From the NCBI RefSeq assembly GCF_009914755.1, contig NC_060932.1: DNA of 64,000 nucleotides. One strand, given 5' to 3'. The position numbers and the translations under genes are program-made. Of the stretch, positions 1-22,137 are shown piece by piece (the stretch's first letter is position 1; every line of letters starts with the position of its first letter). The notes below the pieces were generated by a model. That model was not told the origin of the DNA, made no database searches, and worked only from the letters and a program-made list of their open reading frames with translations. The stretch is from the human T2T-CHM13v2.0 reference genome, Homo sapiens.

Positions 1-1440
1 CAGATAATTTCCACTTTTCAAAATTCTCTAAGGACCTAATAAAGCACAAACAATACTTTGTACTCATTTGAGTTCTTGCTACTGAATTTCTCTATGTAAA
101 ATCAAAGTTACAAGAACAATATGAAAAAAGGTGCTTGTCACTCATTAGATAAAATGAATCAAGCACGCTTGTAATCTAACATCACCAGAGACTACTCTGT
201 AGTGCAAACACTAACTGAAACAGGCCAGAGTCATCCCTGTCCTCATGTGTGCTTGCTGGAAGGATAAACATCGATGACTGTAACCATTACACAGTGACCA
301 GCTTTAATGTGCAAGGGTGTCAGTGTGAATGATTTTATTCTACCCCACCCCCAAGAGCTGGAATAAATGGCTTTATGATGGTACTCTCCAGTACTGTACT
401 CAAAACTTGGAAATGTGTAGAGAACGGCAAACATCTGATTAACATCCCATTTGCTGTGGATTGTTGGGAATGTCAAAATGGGGATTGTGGACCACCTACG
501 TGCTAGGATTGTTAGGGGTACAGCAATACATGTATTTTGCTCCAAAATGAGTAGGCACAGAATTACAGAACCAAAATAAAGATCTTGGCTCTTCTGAATT
601 ATATCCTAAGTTCTTCCCATATATGTACCTCAAATGCTGCAGATACGAAGTTCTGTGAAATTCTGCCTACAACCAGGAAGCCCTATGGGAACTTAACGCC
701 TACTCTTTACATTTTTAAGCCTCCATTTTGCAAAAAAAAAAAAAAAAAAAAAAAAGTTTTTATGAGTTAGGCACTACCAAAGATCTTTGGTTAAGGGTTA
801 TTGTCAAGTGAAAACAAGTTTATGCTAGCAGGATGTTGTGGGTTTTTAAAAAAATAGTATCTGAGCAATAAAAGGATTTATTGACTTAGTAACTTATCTA
901 ACTTTGTGCTGTCACATTTTACTTTGCTAGTGAAATCTTTAATCTTCAGATTTATAAACTATCTTTGAAGAAATATTTCGTTTCACCTACAAAGAGTTCT
1001 TTAAAAAAAAAAAGCAGGAGACCTAAAAATCCACCTATTAGCTGCCATATCTGTTGTTCTTGATCTTTCTGTTTCTGTTCATGTATATATCCTCTTACCT
1101 CATGTTTTAACAGACCTGTTTATTGCCAGGAAATGATAATAACTTGTATTCAAAATGTTTTGTTAATTACTCTTCACGGAGCAGCCGAGTGTCAAACAAC
1201 ATAGCTAGCTCAGATTCTGGGATGTGCAAGGGCTGAGAAACATAGATGTGATCTTTTCCTCCCAACAAAAGGATTCATGTGCACAACTTGCACATCTTTG
1301 TTTATCTCATAAAATCTACAAATGTTTTACTTAGTCCAGTTTCTACTTTCTTAGATATTTGAAGAATTATGCGCTTGAAAATCAACATCTGTGATTCTCG
1401 TTTCTAATTTTAAAATGAAGAGTGCTTCAGTTAACAATTA

Positions 1441-1812
<372 letters not shown>

Positions 1813-1815
1813 TTA

Positions 1816-2134
<319 letters not shown>

Positions 2135-3039
2135 TTAATGACATGGAGGGACTATTTCAGGATAGGAAAAATCACCTTTTAAGTAACCAGAAACCCCACA
2201 GCAGCCATCTTGAATACAGAAACTTCACCAGCCCCTGCCAGCAAGAGCTATAAATGTAAAATTATCAGATCCCTGATAGGGGCTCCCTGAGGAAATTTGC
2301 TTGTGACAAGTTGTTTTCTATTCCCTAGGAATAGAAAGGGAATAGTTGTTTTCTATTCCCAAGTACTGTGTAGATTTTGAAGTGACCACAAGTTTTCCAT
2401 AAAGGAAATGTGTGCTGCCAGAGTAATACACAGCTGTATATTAACTCCATGCAGCAGTTAAGACAGCAAGTAAAAATGCCTCTGAGACCAAAGCCAGCAT
2501 TTAGGCTCAGAGGGTAAAATTCAATCTGATCATTTCGTTTAACAGATAAGCTTGGCCGGGCACGGTGGCTCATGCCTGTAATCCCAGCACTTTGGGAGGC
2601 CGAGGCGGGTGGATCACAAGGTCAGGAGTTTGAGACCAGACTGGCCAACATGGTGAAACCCCGTCTCTACTAAAAATACAAACAAAAAATTAGCTGGGTG
2701 TGGTGGCGGGCGCCTGTAATCCCAGCTACTCAAGAGGCGGAGGCAGGAGAATTGCTTGAACCCGGGAAGGCGGAGGTTGCAGTGAGCCGAGATCATGCCA
2801 CTGCACTCCAGCCTGGGCGACAGAGTGAGACTCCATCTCTAAAAAAAATATATTTTCCTGGCAACCAAGGTCCCAACAAGGTTTTCAATGGAACTTGACA
2901 TGCTGGTTTTAGAAAAGTGAAGAGACATGCCCTGTATCTAGCAAGACATGAAGTTGTAGTAGCTGAAATGTGTCTCATTGGTACAAGAATAGCTCACGGA
3001 TGATGGAACAGAAGAGAGACCTGCACACAGACCTCAGAA

Positions 3040-3205
3040 TGCATGGTGTCCTGGATCGTCCCCTTTTGTCTCTCATACCTTTTTTCCTTCGCTGTGCTCC
3101 TTATGTTCTAAGAAGACGAATCTGAGCAGGCTGCAACAACCTGGCTCCCTTGCCCTGTCGTTTCTGGTAGGGTTCAGGCAAGGGAGGGATCAGCAGGGGA
3201 CCTGA
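3040..3205 (-). mobile_element. LTR33-like ERVL LTR fragment
   Basis: ggctcccttgccctgtcgtttctggtagggttcaggcaagggagg resembles the recalled LTR33 consensus. Confidence 0.45.
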
Positions 3206-3219
3206 GCGTGGAACACTGC

Positions 3220-3660
3220 ATCACAGAAGTGGCTAACTATTTAGACAGCTGCTTAGGGATCTGGAAGATACAACTGGAGGCTGATGAGGAAGAGGAGAGA
3301 AACCCTATGTGGATGCACCCTAGGAGTGGGCATAGAAGGTGAAGAAATTCATATGTTGTGTATGCCCACCACATAGCATCCCTGCAGGGAGGTTCTCATT
3401 GCAGGAAAGGAAGTGGAAAGTCCTCTGATATCAGTCAGCCTCTTTCCCAGCCTTCCTGGTGCTGGCTCAGTGGGACCATGTGAAAAGGTGGACACAGCAA
3501 GGATGAAGCATGCAAGGGGCTCCACAACATGGGCCTCCTTCCGTCATGGCTGACCTGGCCACTGCTACTGCTGGCAGCCCAACTGGCCGATGGAGACTCA
3601 TGCTAAGCCCACAGTGTGGCACCGTTTCCCAGGAGGGAGGGAGGGAGTTTTGATTATATA
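3220..3660 (+). mobile_element. ERVL internal pol fragment (RNase H end / integrase N-terminus), decayed
   Basis: gatatcagtcagcctctttcccagcc, caacatggg, gctgacctggccactgctactgctg, tggcaccgtttccc and ttgattatat match recalled HERV-L pol landmarks in order. Confidence 0.65.
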
Positions 3661-3940
3661 TTTTAATTACTGAATGGTACTTAAGGAGATCATGGAACTC
3701 TTTTTTTTTTTAAGCAGAGTGACAAGAGTAATCAGTTTTTGTCCAGTGACAGGGGAAGAACTATCCCCAACAAATAAATGTAGAGAAAAAATAAACTTGT
3801 TTTATAAGCACATTTCCTGAGTTATGCTAATTGATGCCATGACTACACACACACACAGCTCATATTACCATATTATTTTGGGGTACACAGTTGGTCAAAT
3901 TTAAAAACATTTCTGGGAACAGGCCAGGCACAGTGGCTCA

Positions 3941-4355
<415 letters not shown>

Positions 4356-5653
4356 TTAGCCTGTAGTCCCAGCTACTCAGGACAGTGAAGCGGGAGGATC
4401 ACTTAAGCCCAGGAGGTCGAGGCTACAGTGGGCTGTGGTTGCACTCTGGCCTGGTGACAGAACGAGACCCTGTCTCTATTAAAAACAAAACAAAACAAAA
4501 CAAAAAACTATTCATAGGAACAATAAGCACCAAGTTGAAGATACTGGTTACATCTAGAGAGTAAGGAACAGGAATGAGGTCAGAAACAGGAGCACAACAG
4601 ACTTAGATTGAGTTTGTCGTGTTATATGGCTTCTTATCATTCATACGTTTTCAAATGCCTAAAAAGAACCAACAACTTGTACTTGTCAATATGGATTACC
4701 ATATCCTAAATATCAGGCACACCAGTTAACATCTTCAGTATTATGAATGGTTTTGATAATTTGGATGCAATAACCACCACCCCATGGGATCCCTTCAATT
4801 TCCTCAAAGCCTCCGGGCCTGTTCAGCTGATTGGTTCCATTGGTCATCAACAGAGACTAGCCTCTGAGCTCTGCCAGTTCTAATTATAACCCCCCCAAAA
4901 AGGTGGAAAATATGAAAAAAGTGGCTTTTTCATGCTTACAAGTATACGAGTAGAACTCTAAAATACATGAATTAAACTTCCAGCCTAGAAGCAGGTTATA
5001 GCCAAGGGTAAAGTTCAGGGTCAAGCTGAATTTTCACTGGAAGTAAACATGTCTAATACAAAGCAGAGAGGATGACTAGGAAAGCATGATCTTGCTTCAC
5101 AGAGAAAAGTCAAAGGTAACAGCAGCCCTTACAACTCCATGGGTCACATCCAAATCTTATTGATTCCAATGAGTTAGCAACTCATAGCATCACAGCTGTT
5201 CACAGCAAGACCAGCAATAATAGACCAAATGACCCAAGGCTTCTGGTTCTTATTTCAAAAAATATCAACAATTAACACAATTGCATGACCAGACTTCAGT
5301 ATTTTCAGTTGAAAGTATTTTCATAACTGAACTGAAATAAACTGAAAAATCTAATAATTTCTATCACTTTGGGATACTCTAAAGGTGGAATTATTTCACT
5401 ATCTGTTCTGAGCTAAGTCAGTAGTAAAATACTCAGATAATGGTATGTGGCATGGAACATAATCATCCTGTTCTCTAGCCTTCTGATAAATAGAGGGTGA
5501 ATGTCGAACTCAGCTAAGATATTAACTTTTACCAGTGAGAAACCTGGAAGTGTTTCAGTAAAGAAACCTATCGTAACCCAGAAGGTTTTAAGATGTCACA
5601 AATTTAAAATTTCACAATTTTCTCCTGTTAGGCCTCTTTTTTTTTTTGTTTGA

Positions 5654-5962
<309 letters not shown>

Positions 5963-6096
5963 TGACATCTTAAGAGATGTATAATTCATAGACACTACAT
6001 GTAGAGGGAAAATAATGACAACAATGGTAATTATAATTCCATCTTTGTAATTCTAATTAAAAAGCTTGGAACTTAGGAATAATTTTATTTATTTAA

Positions 6097-6418
<322 letters not shown>

Positions 6419-6465
6419 TGAATCTTACTGTATTTTATCAGCTCAAGAAAACCATGACTTATATA

Positions 6466-7625
<1,160 letters not shown>

Positions 7626-7703
7626 TATATAGATGAATGAATTTTATTCTAAGAGTTCTCCCACAGAAAACAATTATTTCAATAACTGTTAGCCTAAATT
7701 TCA

Positions 7704-8007
<304 letters not shown>

Positions 8008-8179
8008 TTAATTTAAAAAGTTATCAAAATGGTGCCCATGTCTATGATTCATTAACACAAAGAAAAGAAAGACATTAAAATTCAAGACAATAAATGAAAT
8101 TTTGATACGGGGCACATTCTTGAACAAGGCTACCTTTTACCCTTTACTTTGACTATAATCAGACCTTTTCCCATCACTA

Positions 8180-8551
<372 letters not shown>

Positions 8552-8783
8552 TTAGGACAAGTCCCTCAAGATCTCTCAGCTAAACTATATAGACTTTAAT
8601 AAATATGAAGCCTTAGGCTGGGCACAGTGGCTCATGCCTGTAATCCCAGCACTTTAGGAGGCTGAGGCAGGTGGATCACAAGGTCAGGAGTTCAAGTCCA
8701 GCCTGACCAAGAAACCCCATCTCTACTAAAAATATACAAGTTAGCGGGGCGCAGTGGCAGGCACCTGTAATCCCAGCTACTCA

Positions 8784-8885
<102 letters not shown>

Positions 8886-9418
8886 TCACAAATAAATAAA
8901 TAAATAAATAAGACTTGCCCAACACTTGGGCACATAAGCTTCTCATCAAAGATGCCCATGATATAAAGGCACATGAATTTCTTTATGGAAAGGTCACCTT
9001 TCTCTTTGCTTGACATATTCAGAAAAGCATTAGGAAAATAATCTTACTCAACCAGCTACATGCTATGTTGGCCACAGTGTTTCATAAGATATATTTAATT
9101 TTTAAAAATTTTTTATGATTATTGTATATTCTACAACAAGCAAAGGGGCAGATAGTTCTTATATCTCCTTACAGAGTTTCAGAGGACCTAGGGTCTGAGG
9201 AGAGCAAAGGAATTAGGAATATCATAAATTGCCCAGATTTTCCATTTGTAAGGGAGACCCAAGCCTTGCCCGGCTTCCTGAGTTCTCCAGCATCCTGGCC
9301 ATGCAGCTGGCATTGGGTGTTATCATTGGCCAGAAAAATACGTATAAGTTCACCAGCCAATAGCTTTCCTTATGAGCCTAAGAGAAAACAGCGTAAGCAC
9401 ACTTTTCTGCCTTCCTTA

Positions 9419-9903
<485 letters not shown>

Positions 9904-9992
9904 TTACTTGTATTCTGAAAGCATCTTTCTCCAGAAAGCTCACAATTCTGTATAGATATACAGTATTTACTGTTGTTTTTCCTTGGTGATTA

Positions 9993-10346
<354 letters not shown>

Positions 10347-10465
10347 TCACGCCTGTAATCCCAGCACTTTGGGAGGCCGAGGCGAGCGGATCACAAGGTC
10401 AGGAGATCCAGACCATCCTGGCTAACATGGTGAAACCCCGTCTCTACTAAAAATACAAAAAATTA

Positions 10466-10666
<201 letters not shown>

Positions 10667-11263
10667 CTATTTGCTGTGTCTATAATTTCCATTAACATCT
10701 TCACTGAGAATATCTGAATATTGCTGTGGCTTGTCACTTTCTTCAGTTGTATAGGATCCTATTTTCTGTATCTTCCTCTTCCACTTTGGGCAGTAGCTTT
10801 TTCCTTCTCTTTCGAGGTAACTTCATGTTTTACTTGTCTGAATTCATGTTAGTATGTTCATCTTGCAATTTAAATCATCTAAGCTTGCCTGCAAATTCTA
10901 TCCACAAACTTCATCCTCCTAATATAATAATCTATGTAATCACCTTTTATCTGTGATCATTTTAATGAATTGCATTCCATTTATATGGCTATCTTATTAT
11001 TTCTAAAACACTTCTTGACAGTGGGTGCACATCAACCAGGTGTTCCTGATTTTTCTCTTCATTCTATATAATGTAATTGAAGACCTCTTTTCTCCCACCT
11101 TCCTGAACTTTACAGTGCCAAACGATCAACACCAAAAGTTTGTGTGTTGCTTTGGCATTTCTTTTAATAACCCTTCTTTACACAGCAGAAATATTTTTCT
11201 GCCAACTCATTTCCTCTAAAAGTGTTTTTGTCTAATGAATATTAGTTGTAATCAAAGATCTTA

Positions 11264-11956
<693 letters not shown>

Positions 11957-12271
11957 TCATCTAACAACAACAGCAAAAAAGGTGGTGCAACTGAAATCCA
12001 AAGTGACTCGTTTAAGGTCACACCTCTATTAAGTAAGGAAGCAGAAGCTGGGCTCTAGCTCTCCAGTGGAGGAGCGGGGGAGATTGGAGAAGGTGGTTGG
12101 ACCCAGAGAAGGGAAGTTTTTAAATCAATAAACTACATAATCGGCACTTGTGTAGAGACGTTATCTATGCTTGGACTCAAATATGTAACAATTAAGGAAT
12201 ATTAATAAACATCATTGAAAAGCTATTTGGTAATGAGAATTATGGAAGAATGCGATTGTGCTCAAAGACCA

Positions 12272-13170
12272 CTGTTCCAGTCAGCTAATGCTACATAACA
12301 AACCACTCCAAAACTTAGGGCCTAAAACAACAACAATACTTATTTTGCTCACAAATCTGCGATTTGGGCAGGGCTCAGCAGAGAAGCTCATCTCTGCTCC
12401 CTTCATCTTAGCTGGGACGGTTTGAAGCCTCAGCACTAGAATCACCTGAAGGCTCATTCAACCCAGACATCTGGAGAATGGAACAACTGGGGTTCTGGGG
12501 TTCCTCCAGTAAGGCTCCCCATCTCTGCCTGGCATCTTCATATCGACTCTCTTGCACATCGACTGCAGGCTAGCCAGACTTCTTCCACGTCAGCCCACAG
12601 CTCTCAAGAGATGGGGCTCCAGAAAAAAGAGCCAAGTGGAAGCCACATTGCCTTTTATGACTTAGTCCCAGAAGCCAAGCAGCATCACTTCTGCCAAATT
12701 CTCTTGGTCAAAGCAGTTAAAAAACTCTTTCCTGATGTAAAAGGCAAGAACAGGGCCAGGCGCTGTGGCTCACACCTGTAATCCCAGCACTTTGGGAGGC
12801 TGAGGTGAGCAGATCACTTGAGCCCGAGTTCAAGACCAGCCTGAGCAACATGATGAAACCCCACCTCTACCAAAAATACAAAAAATTAGCCAGGCATGGT
12901 ACACACCTGTAGTCCCAGCTACTCATGGGGGCTGAAGTGGGAGGATCACCTGAGCCCAGGAAGGTCAAGGGTGCAATGAGCCGTGACCGCCCCACTGCAC
13001 TCCAGGCTGCGCGACAGAGTGAGGCCCTGTCTCTAAATAAATAAATAGAAGGTGAGAACATAGACCCCACCTCTTGATGGAGGAGTGTCAATGTCACATG
13101 GTAAGAAGGGTATGTGGGGTGAGATCCATATTAGAGCAGCTATGTTTGGGAAACACACTCTGCCACAACC
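12272..13170. mobile_element. MLT1 (MaLR) LTR interrupted by an Alu (~12753-13047)
   Basis: acataacaaaccactccaaaacttag, ctcacaaatctgcgatttgggcagggctcagc, ggaagccacattgccttttatgac. Confidence 0.7.
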
Positions 13171-13673
13171 AAAAACCACTGGATTACCAAACCGTTGAAA
13201 CAGACCTTGAAATAACCACCTATTTGCCACTCACAAAATTCATTTCATAAGACACAGCTCAAATGTCCCTTCCTTTTGGGAATCCCGTGCTGATATGCCC
13301 CAGCTTACACAGCGCTTTGTAAAGATGCCTACTCTCTCACTCGGCTTATTCTATTGTCATTTTCATAACAGGATTGTAATCAGGCAGGTACGATCATACT
13401 ATATTAGCCAATCATTTTACTAGTCAATCAATATGACATCATAGGGCAGCTTTGCAAAGAGCCCTCAGATTGATGGAGAAGAGATACTTTTAGGGAAGCC
13501 AGAAGCAACGCTTTGCACAGAAAACAAAGGACAGCAAAGAGAAAAGAATCAGCAACTCAGAGAAGAAAAACTGGATCACACAAAGATGGAAAAAATATAT
13601 ACATATACAGACATGGGTTTTTGTGCTTTTCCCCTCCAGAAGGTGAGTTGAAAGCATTGCCCCAAAGCAGTGA

Positions 13674-13990
<317 letters not shown>

Positions 13991-14291
13991 CCAAAGCAGT
14001 GATTCTCAAACCTCAGCTGTGTCAGGGTCACCGGGAGGGCCTGGGTCTGGTGAAATACCCCCAGTTTCTGATTCGGTGGGCCAGGGTGGGGCCTGAGAAC
14101 CTGCATTTTCACGGATTCCCAGGCGATGCTTCTGCTGGTCGTCCGATCCCAGGCTTCAAGAACCAGTACCCACTTTGTGAGGCCGAGGTGGGAGGATTGC
14201 TTGGATCCTTGAGTTCGAGACCAGCCTGGCCATCATAGGGAGAACCTCCCCACCCCCAACCCCGCCACAGTTCTTTTTTTTTTTTTTTTTA

Positions 14292-15250
<959 letters not shown>

Positions 15251-15893
15251 TCGCCGGCCCTTGTGGCTCTGGGAAATTAGCATTGATTAATCTTCCTAAC
15301 AATTTTTGTTTTTATAGAGACAGGATCTCCCTATGTTGCCCAGGCTGGTCTCGAACTCCTGGGCTCAAGGTATCTTCCTGCCTCGGCTTCCCAAAGTGCT
15401 GGGATTACAGGCGTGAGCCCGGCCAGCTCCTAATAATGTTAAGTGCTTGCTAGGAGTCAAGCGCTGTGCTGAGCGCAGGGGCTTCCCACGTCATTGCGTC
15501 CCCAGTGCTTAGTGCCAGGCACTGAGCAGAGGCGCGATTCGTATTTGAACTAAAACGAACCCCGTCCCTGAGGAACAAGACCTCTACTGGGAAGTCAAAG
15601 AAATGAATAGTGATTGTATGGTGTGATGGGTGCTCAGCTCTTGGTGGACAGAAGTAAGGGGGAGGCTTGTTTGAGAAACGGATACCTGACCTAAGCCTTG
15701 GAGGAAGAGGCAGACACTGGAAAACTAGAGTCCCTGCGTTCTCTCACCACTTGCTAAAGGGCCTCTACAACCCCAGGAAACCTCAATAAACCTTTCCTTT
15801 CTCCAGATAGATGTCTGTTCTTGCAGATAATTAGAAAACGCATTGCAGAGTATTGGTTCTTTCCCTCTCATTAGGTTCCTGGTTTCAGAGAAG

Positions 15894-15989
15894 ATGACCG
15901 AAGAAGTGGATTTCCTGGGACAGGACTCTGATGGGGGTAGTGAGGAAGTGGTCCTAACTCCTGCAGAGCTCATTGAAAGATTGGAGCAG
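15894..15989 (+). CDS. GINS4: GINS4/SLD5 (GINS complex subunit 4) coding exon, aa 1-32
   Basis: Acceptor TTAG ends 15874, ATG at 15894. Encodes MTEEVDFLGQDSDGGSEEVVLTPAELIERLEQ. Donor CAG|GTAAGC. Confidence 0.97.
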
Positions 15990-17799
15990 GTAAGCATCCC
16001 AGATCGAATCCCTTTGCTCCAGTCAGCCTTTTTATTTAGTTCAACTGTGAATATCAGGGATCACAAGATGAGGAAACGGAATTTGGGGCTTACTTTAGAA
16101 CAGGGACTGGATCTGACCATCTACATGGAAACGGGAAGCAAGAAGGACATCCTCTGTTAGAGACCTCATCATATCAAACACAGCATCCCCAAGTGGGGTC
16201 AGTAAGGGACAGCTTTGGGCACATTCAGTGAACAGTTCACAGAGCAAGGATCCACGTGATATTTTCAGGGACTGTAGAGGTCCCTGAACTTCTTTACCTT
16301 AGTCCCTTGAACATCTGCTGTTTCCCTGGAGAATGCCTGTTTAGCAAGAAAATGCTGAAATGCCTGTAAGGGAAAACTGGTCATATTTTTCCTTTTTCTC
16401 ACATGTTTTTTCTTGAGTCGTCTGCTCTCCATATGTCCACTGCTTATCTAAAATCCTTTCTGAAATATTTCTCCTTTAAGTTGTAATAGCTATGACTTAC
16501 TGCATATTTCCCATGTGCCAGTAACTGTGTTCTTTACACTTATATCTCATGATGCTCTGGTAACAGGAGTTCAGACTATCTGGATTTAAATCTGTCTGTG
16601 ACACTCCTCTGTTATGTGATCTTGAGCAAGTTAGGGAGTTTGTCTCAAGCCGTTGCTTGCCTATAAAATTGAGACAATAGGGCCGGGCACGGTGGCTCAA
16701 GCCTGTAATGCCAGCACTTTGGGAGGCTGAGGTGGGCGGATCACCTGAGGTCCAGGAGTTCGAGACCAGCCTTACCAACATGGTAAAATCCCGTCTCTAC
16801 TAAAAAACAAAAATTAGCCGGATGTGGTGGCGCATGCCTGTAATCCCAGCTACTCGGGAGGCTAAGGCCGGAGGATCACCTGAACCTGGGAGGCAGAGGT
16901 TGTGGTGAGCCAAGATCCTACCCACCATTGCACTCCAGCCTGGGCAACAAGAGTGAAACTCCGTCTCAAAAAAATAATAAAATAAAATTGAGATGATAAT
17001 AGTGTCTATGTCCTGGAGTTTTTGATTAAATGTGGTAATTGTGTAAAGCACTCAGCATGCTATCTGACACATGATAAGCACTCACTAGATGTGAGCTGTT
17101 CATAGTAAGTATCCTTATCCTCTTGCTCTAACTGCCCCTTTCCAGAGCTCTCTCATGTTTGCTACTTTAGTATTCTTCATTCTTCCCTGCCATACATGAT
17201 ATCACGAATGACAAAACGGAACTAAAATGATTTTTAAATTATACCTTACATGATAATCCTTACTATTTAGCAGTGATTCTTAATCTGTTTTTATATCACA
17301 GACCTTTTTGAGAAACTGGTAGAAACTGTGGTCTTTCATCCCACAATAACGCACACATGCACCCATGCAGAATTTTGCATATGACTTCCAGGGGATCAGA
17401 GATCCCCTGAAATCCACCCACAGACCTAGTTTGTGGAACAGCATTAAGAATTCCTGGTTCGTTAGGAAAGGGTTCATTAAACAAAAATCAAAAGGCACAT
17501 AGCATAAAGGAAAAAAGGGATACATTCCTGGAGTGCAGTGGTGTGATCTTGGTTCACTTGCAGCCTCCACCTCCCAGGTTCAAGCGATTCTCCTGCATCA
17601 GCCTCCTGAGTAGCTGGGCCTACAGGTGTGCACCACCACGCCTGGCTACTTTTTGTATTTTTAGTAGAGATGGGGTTTCACCATATTGGGTTTCGCTGTG
17701 TTGGCCAGGCTGGTCTTGAACTCCTGACCTTGTGATCTGCCTGCCTTAGCCTCCCAAAGTGCTGGGATTACAGGCATGAGCCTCTGTGCCCAGCCTGTT

Positions 17800-18950
<1,151 letters not shown>

Positions 18951-19404
18951 ATTGTTCAAGGCAGAGCCGCCACCCTTGGGTGATGTGGCACACTGCTATG
19001 CCACAGATGCCTCTGTGTGGACCCCTGCACCTTCCAGGACAGCTGGAGCCCCAGGCTGGTTACTTTTTCAAGTGAGCATCATCGGGGTCCTTGAAAGGCA
19101 GCTAGAGGATGGGGCGGCGGGGGTTCTGACAGCACAGCTGCAGCTTGCTGGTGGGTAAGCTGCAGTAACATCTCATGCCTGATGCTCTAGTGCAGTGCCC
19201 TGAGTGCAGCCAAGGAAGTGACCCGCCACCTGCACGGCTGCCACAGCCAGATCCTGTCTCTTATGCTGTGTGGCACAGCCAAAGGGACAGCCTGACAGGG
19301 CTGCCGATGAGAACAGCTCCAGGAGCATATATAGGATACCCTTTAATGCCTGTAAAAAGTGATTTAAAAGTTGTTACCTGTAGTGCAGATTTGCTCATTT
19401 TAGT

Positions 19405-19775
19405 GATTGTTTTAGTTTGCTAGGGCCACAGAGCGAAGTCCCAAAGACTGGGTGGCTTAAATAGAAATTTATTTTCTTAATTCTAGAGGCTGAGGTCAAA
19501 GTGCCAGCATAGTTGTCTTCTTCCGAGTCCTCTGTCTTGGGTTTGTAGGTGACCATATTCTCCCTGTGTCCTTGCATGGTCTTCCCTCTCGTGTGTGTCT
19601 GTGTTAAAATTACCCCTTATCAGGGCACCAGTCTTACTGGATTAGGGGCCATCCTAATGACCTCATTTTAACTTAATCACTTCTTTAAAGACCTCCATCT
19701 CCAAATACAGTCACGGTCTGAGGTCCTGGAAGTTAGGTAGATTTTTGAGGGGCGGACACGCTTCAGCCCGTAGCA
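19405..19775. mobile_element. MLT1A/B-type MaLR LTR
   Basis: agactgggtggcttaaatagaaatttattttc and ctaatgacctcattttaacttaatcac...ctccaaatacagtcac. Confidence 0.75.
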
Positions 19776-20597
19776 ATAATGAACAGATTGGCATTTAGAA
19801 TTTTGATCAGGGGCCAGGCACAGTGGTTCAAGCCTGTAATCCCAACACTTCTGGAGGCTAATGCAGGGGGATGTCGTGAGGCCAGGATTTCGAAGACCAC
19901 TGTAGGCAACATGGTAAAACCCCATCTTTATTAAAAAAAATTTAAAAATTAGCCAGGCTTTGTGGTATGTACCTTTAGTCCCAGCTACTCTGGAGGCTGA
20001 GGCAGGAGGATCACTTAAGCCTTGGAGGTCAAGAATGCAGTGAGCCATTATCATGCCACTGTGTGACCAGAAACCAGATGTAGCCATTTCAAGCATAAAA
20101 CCTGAGTTAAAAAAAAAAAAAAGATTGGATTTAGATACAAGTTTCTCAGTAAAAATTTTGGAAAGATTTATATGAAAGTTTTATACTAATATAAACTTCC
20201 ACCTAATGTTTTATACTTTATTGTCATAATTTCATAATGTAAATGAAGTGGTCCCCAATACTACCCCAGTGTACCAGACAAGCACTATCATTTTCTTTGA
20301 ATATCCTGTCATGAACAGGTTGAGAGGTGTTCTACAGAGATATGAACAAATGTAGTGAGACCATAAAGAAAATTCAACATGAAATTCAAGCTAATGATTA
20401 CCTCTGAGGAGGGAGGGACACACAGGGTCTTTTTTTTTTTTGAGATGGAGTCTTGCTCTGTTGCCCTGGCTGGAGGGCAGTGGTGCAATCTTGGCTCACT
20501 GCAACCTCTGCCTCCCAGGTTCAAGCAGTTCTGCCTCAGCCTCCCAAGTAGCTGGGACTACAGGCGTGCCACGCCCGGCTAATTTTTTGTATTTTTA

Positions 20598-20726
<129 letters not shown>

Positions 20727-20736
20727 TTAAAAATTA

Positions 20737-21054
<318 letters not shown>

Positions 21055-22050
21055 TTAATAAAAATCAATCAAAAAGAAATGCTGCTCCTAATAAGCCCTC
21101 CAGAAAATATGATGTTTTCCCATGCATTATGCAGGTTTTTTTTGTTTGTTTGTTTCAGTCTGCAGGACTGTTACAGATGCTCAGGCTCTGCACAAATGCC
21201 TATGACTGTAGCCATACCCAGCATTTGGTAATGTGTCTTGACGGTGATCATGGGGAGAAGCAGACACTCAAGGACGTCAGAAAAAAATAAGTTGAGCCTG
21301 GTCAGCATATAATTCTGAGCTATGCTAAAACTACATTTCCTGTAATTGAAAGATAAGTGTAGCTTTCCTCAGTCACTTAGGGATATTTCAGTTCTCTAAG
21401 CCTTGGAAGTCTCTAAAATGAACCAAACAGCTGGGCCTGAGTCATAAATTAGAGCTTTAACCTCTGGCTCCAAAACTCCATAATAGATGAGCGCCTGTTT
21501 CTATTATGATCCTGTATACTTTGGGGCCATTAGTAAATTACTCAATCTGTATTTTTTCAATCAGATGAGGATAACTATATCCATTTTCTCTGAGATATGA
21601 TGATGATGAATGAAAAATATTTGTGAAGTGCTCTGAGCTTCAGGAATGAAGAGCTGTGTGGATTGGTGGGTTATTGCTTTCTCTCTAAATAGACATGGGG
21701 TGGCGCTGCCTGGGGGAACAGTGTGCCCGGGCTGCCTGGCAAAGGCACTATTTGAACACCAGGTGGTGTCACTCTCAGCACCAAGCGTCACACTAACTGA
21801 AGTAAGCAAGGGTTTGTATGAGTGTCAGTTGAATAGAAGGTTGTGAACACAGCCTCCCAACTAAAACAAGACACGAGAAAGCAATCGCTAAACGTAGTTT
21901 GTCTTCAAAACACCTTCAATGTTTCCAGTTGGTGGGCAGACAGTTTTCTTGCCTGCGCCATCCCTGGTTTCCGTTGGACTTGGGCTGACTCACTGGGTTG
22001 TTTAGCTCTGTGGTGGGTGATGCTTGCTTTTTCTGGCATTTGTCTTTTAG

Positions 22051-22137
22051 GCCTGGATGAATGAAAAGTTTGCCCCTGAGCTGCTGGAGAGCAAGCCTGA
22101 GATTGTAGAATGTGTCATGGAACAGCTGGAGCACATG
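22051..22137 (+). CDS. GINS4: GINS4 coding exon, aa 33-61
   Basis: ttttag|GCC acceptor. Encodes AWMNEKFAPELLESKPEIVECVMEQLEHM. Donor ATG|GTAAGA. 87 nt, phase 0-0. Confidence 0.97.

Noticed and set aside
243-770. 100-aa minus-strand ORF and a 24-nt A-tract at 732-755 (possible retrocopy or upstream gene 3' end)
   Set aside because: No recognisable protein, no TSD, and no AATAAA at a suitable distance from the A-tract.
21320-21346. ACTACATTTCC (ZNF143-associated motif-like)
   Set aside because: Partial match in an intron without promoter context; likely chance.
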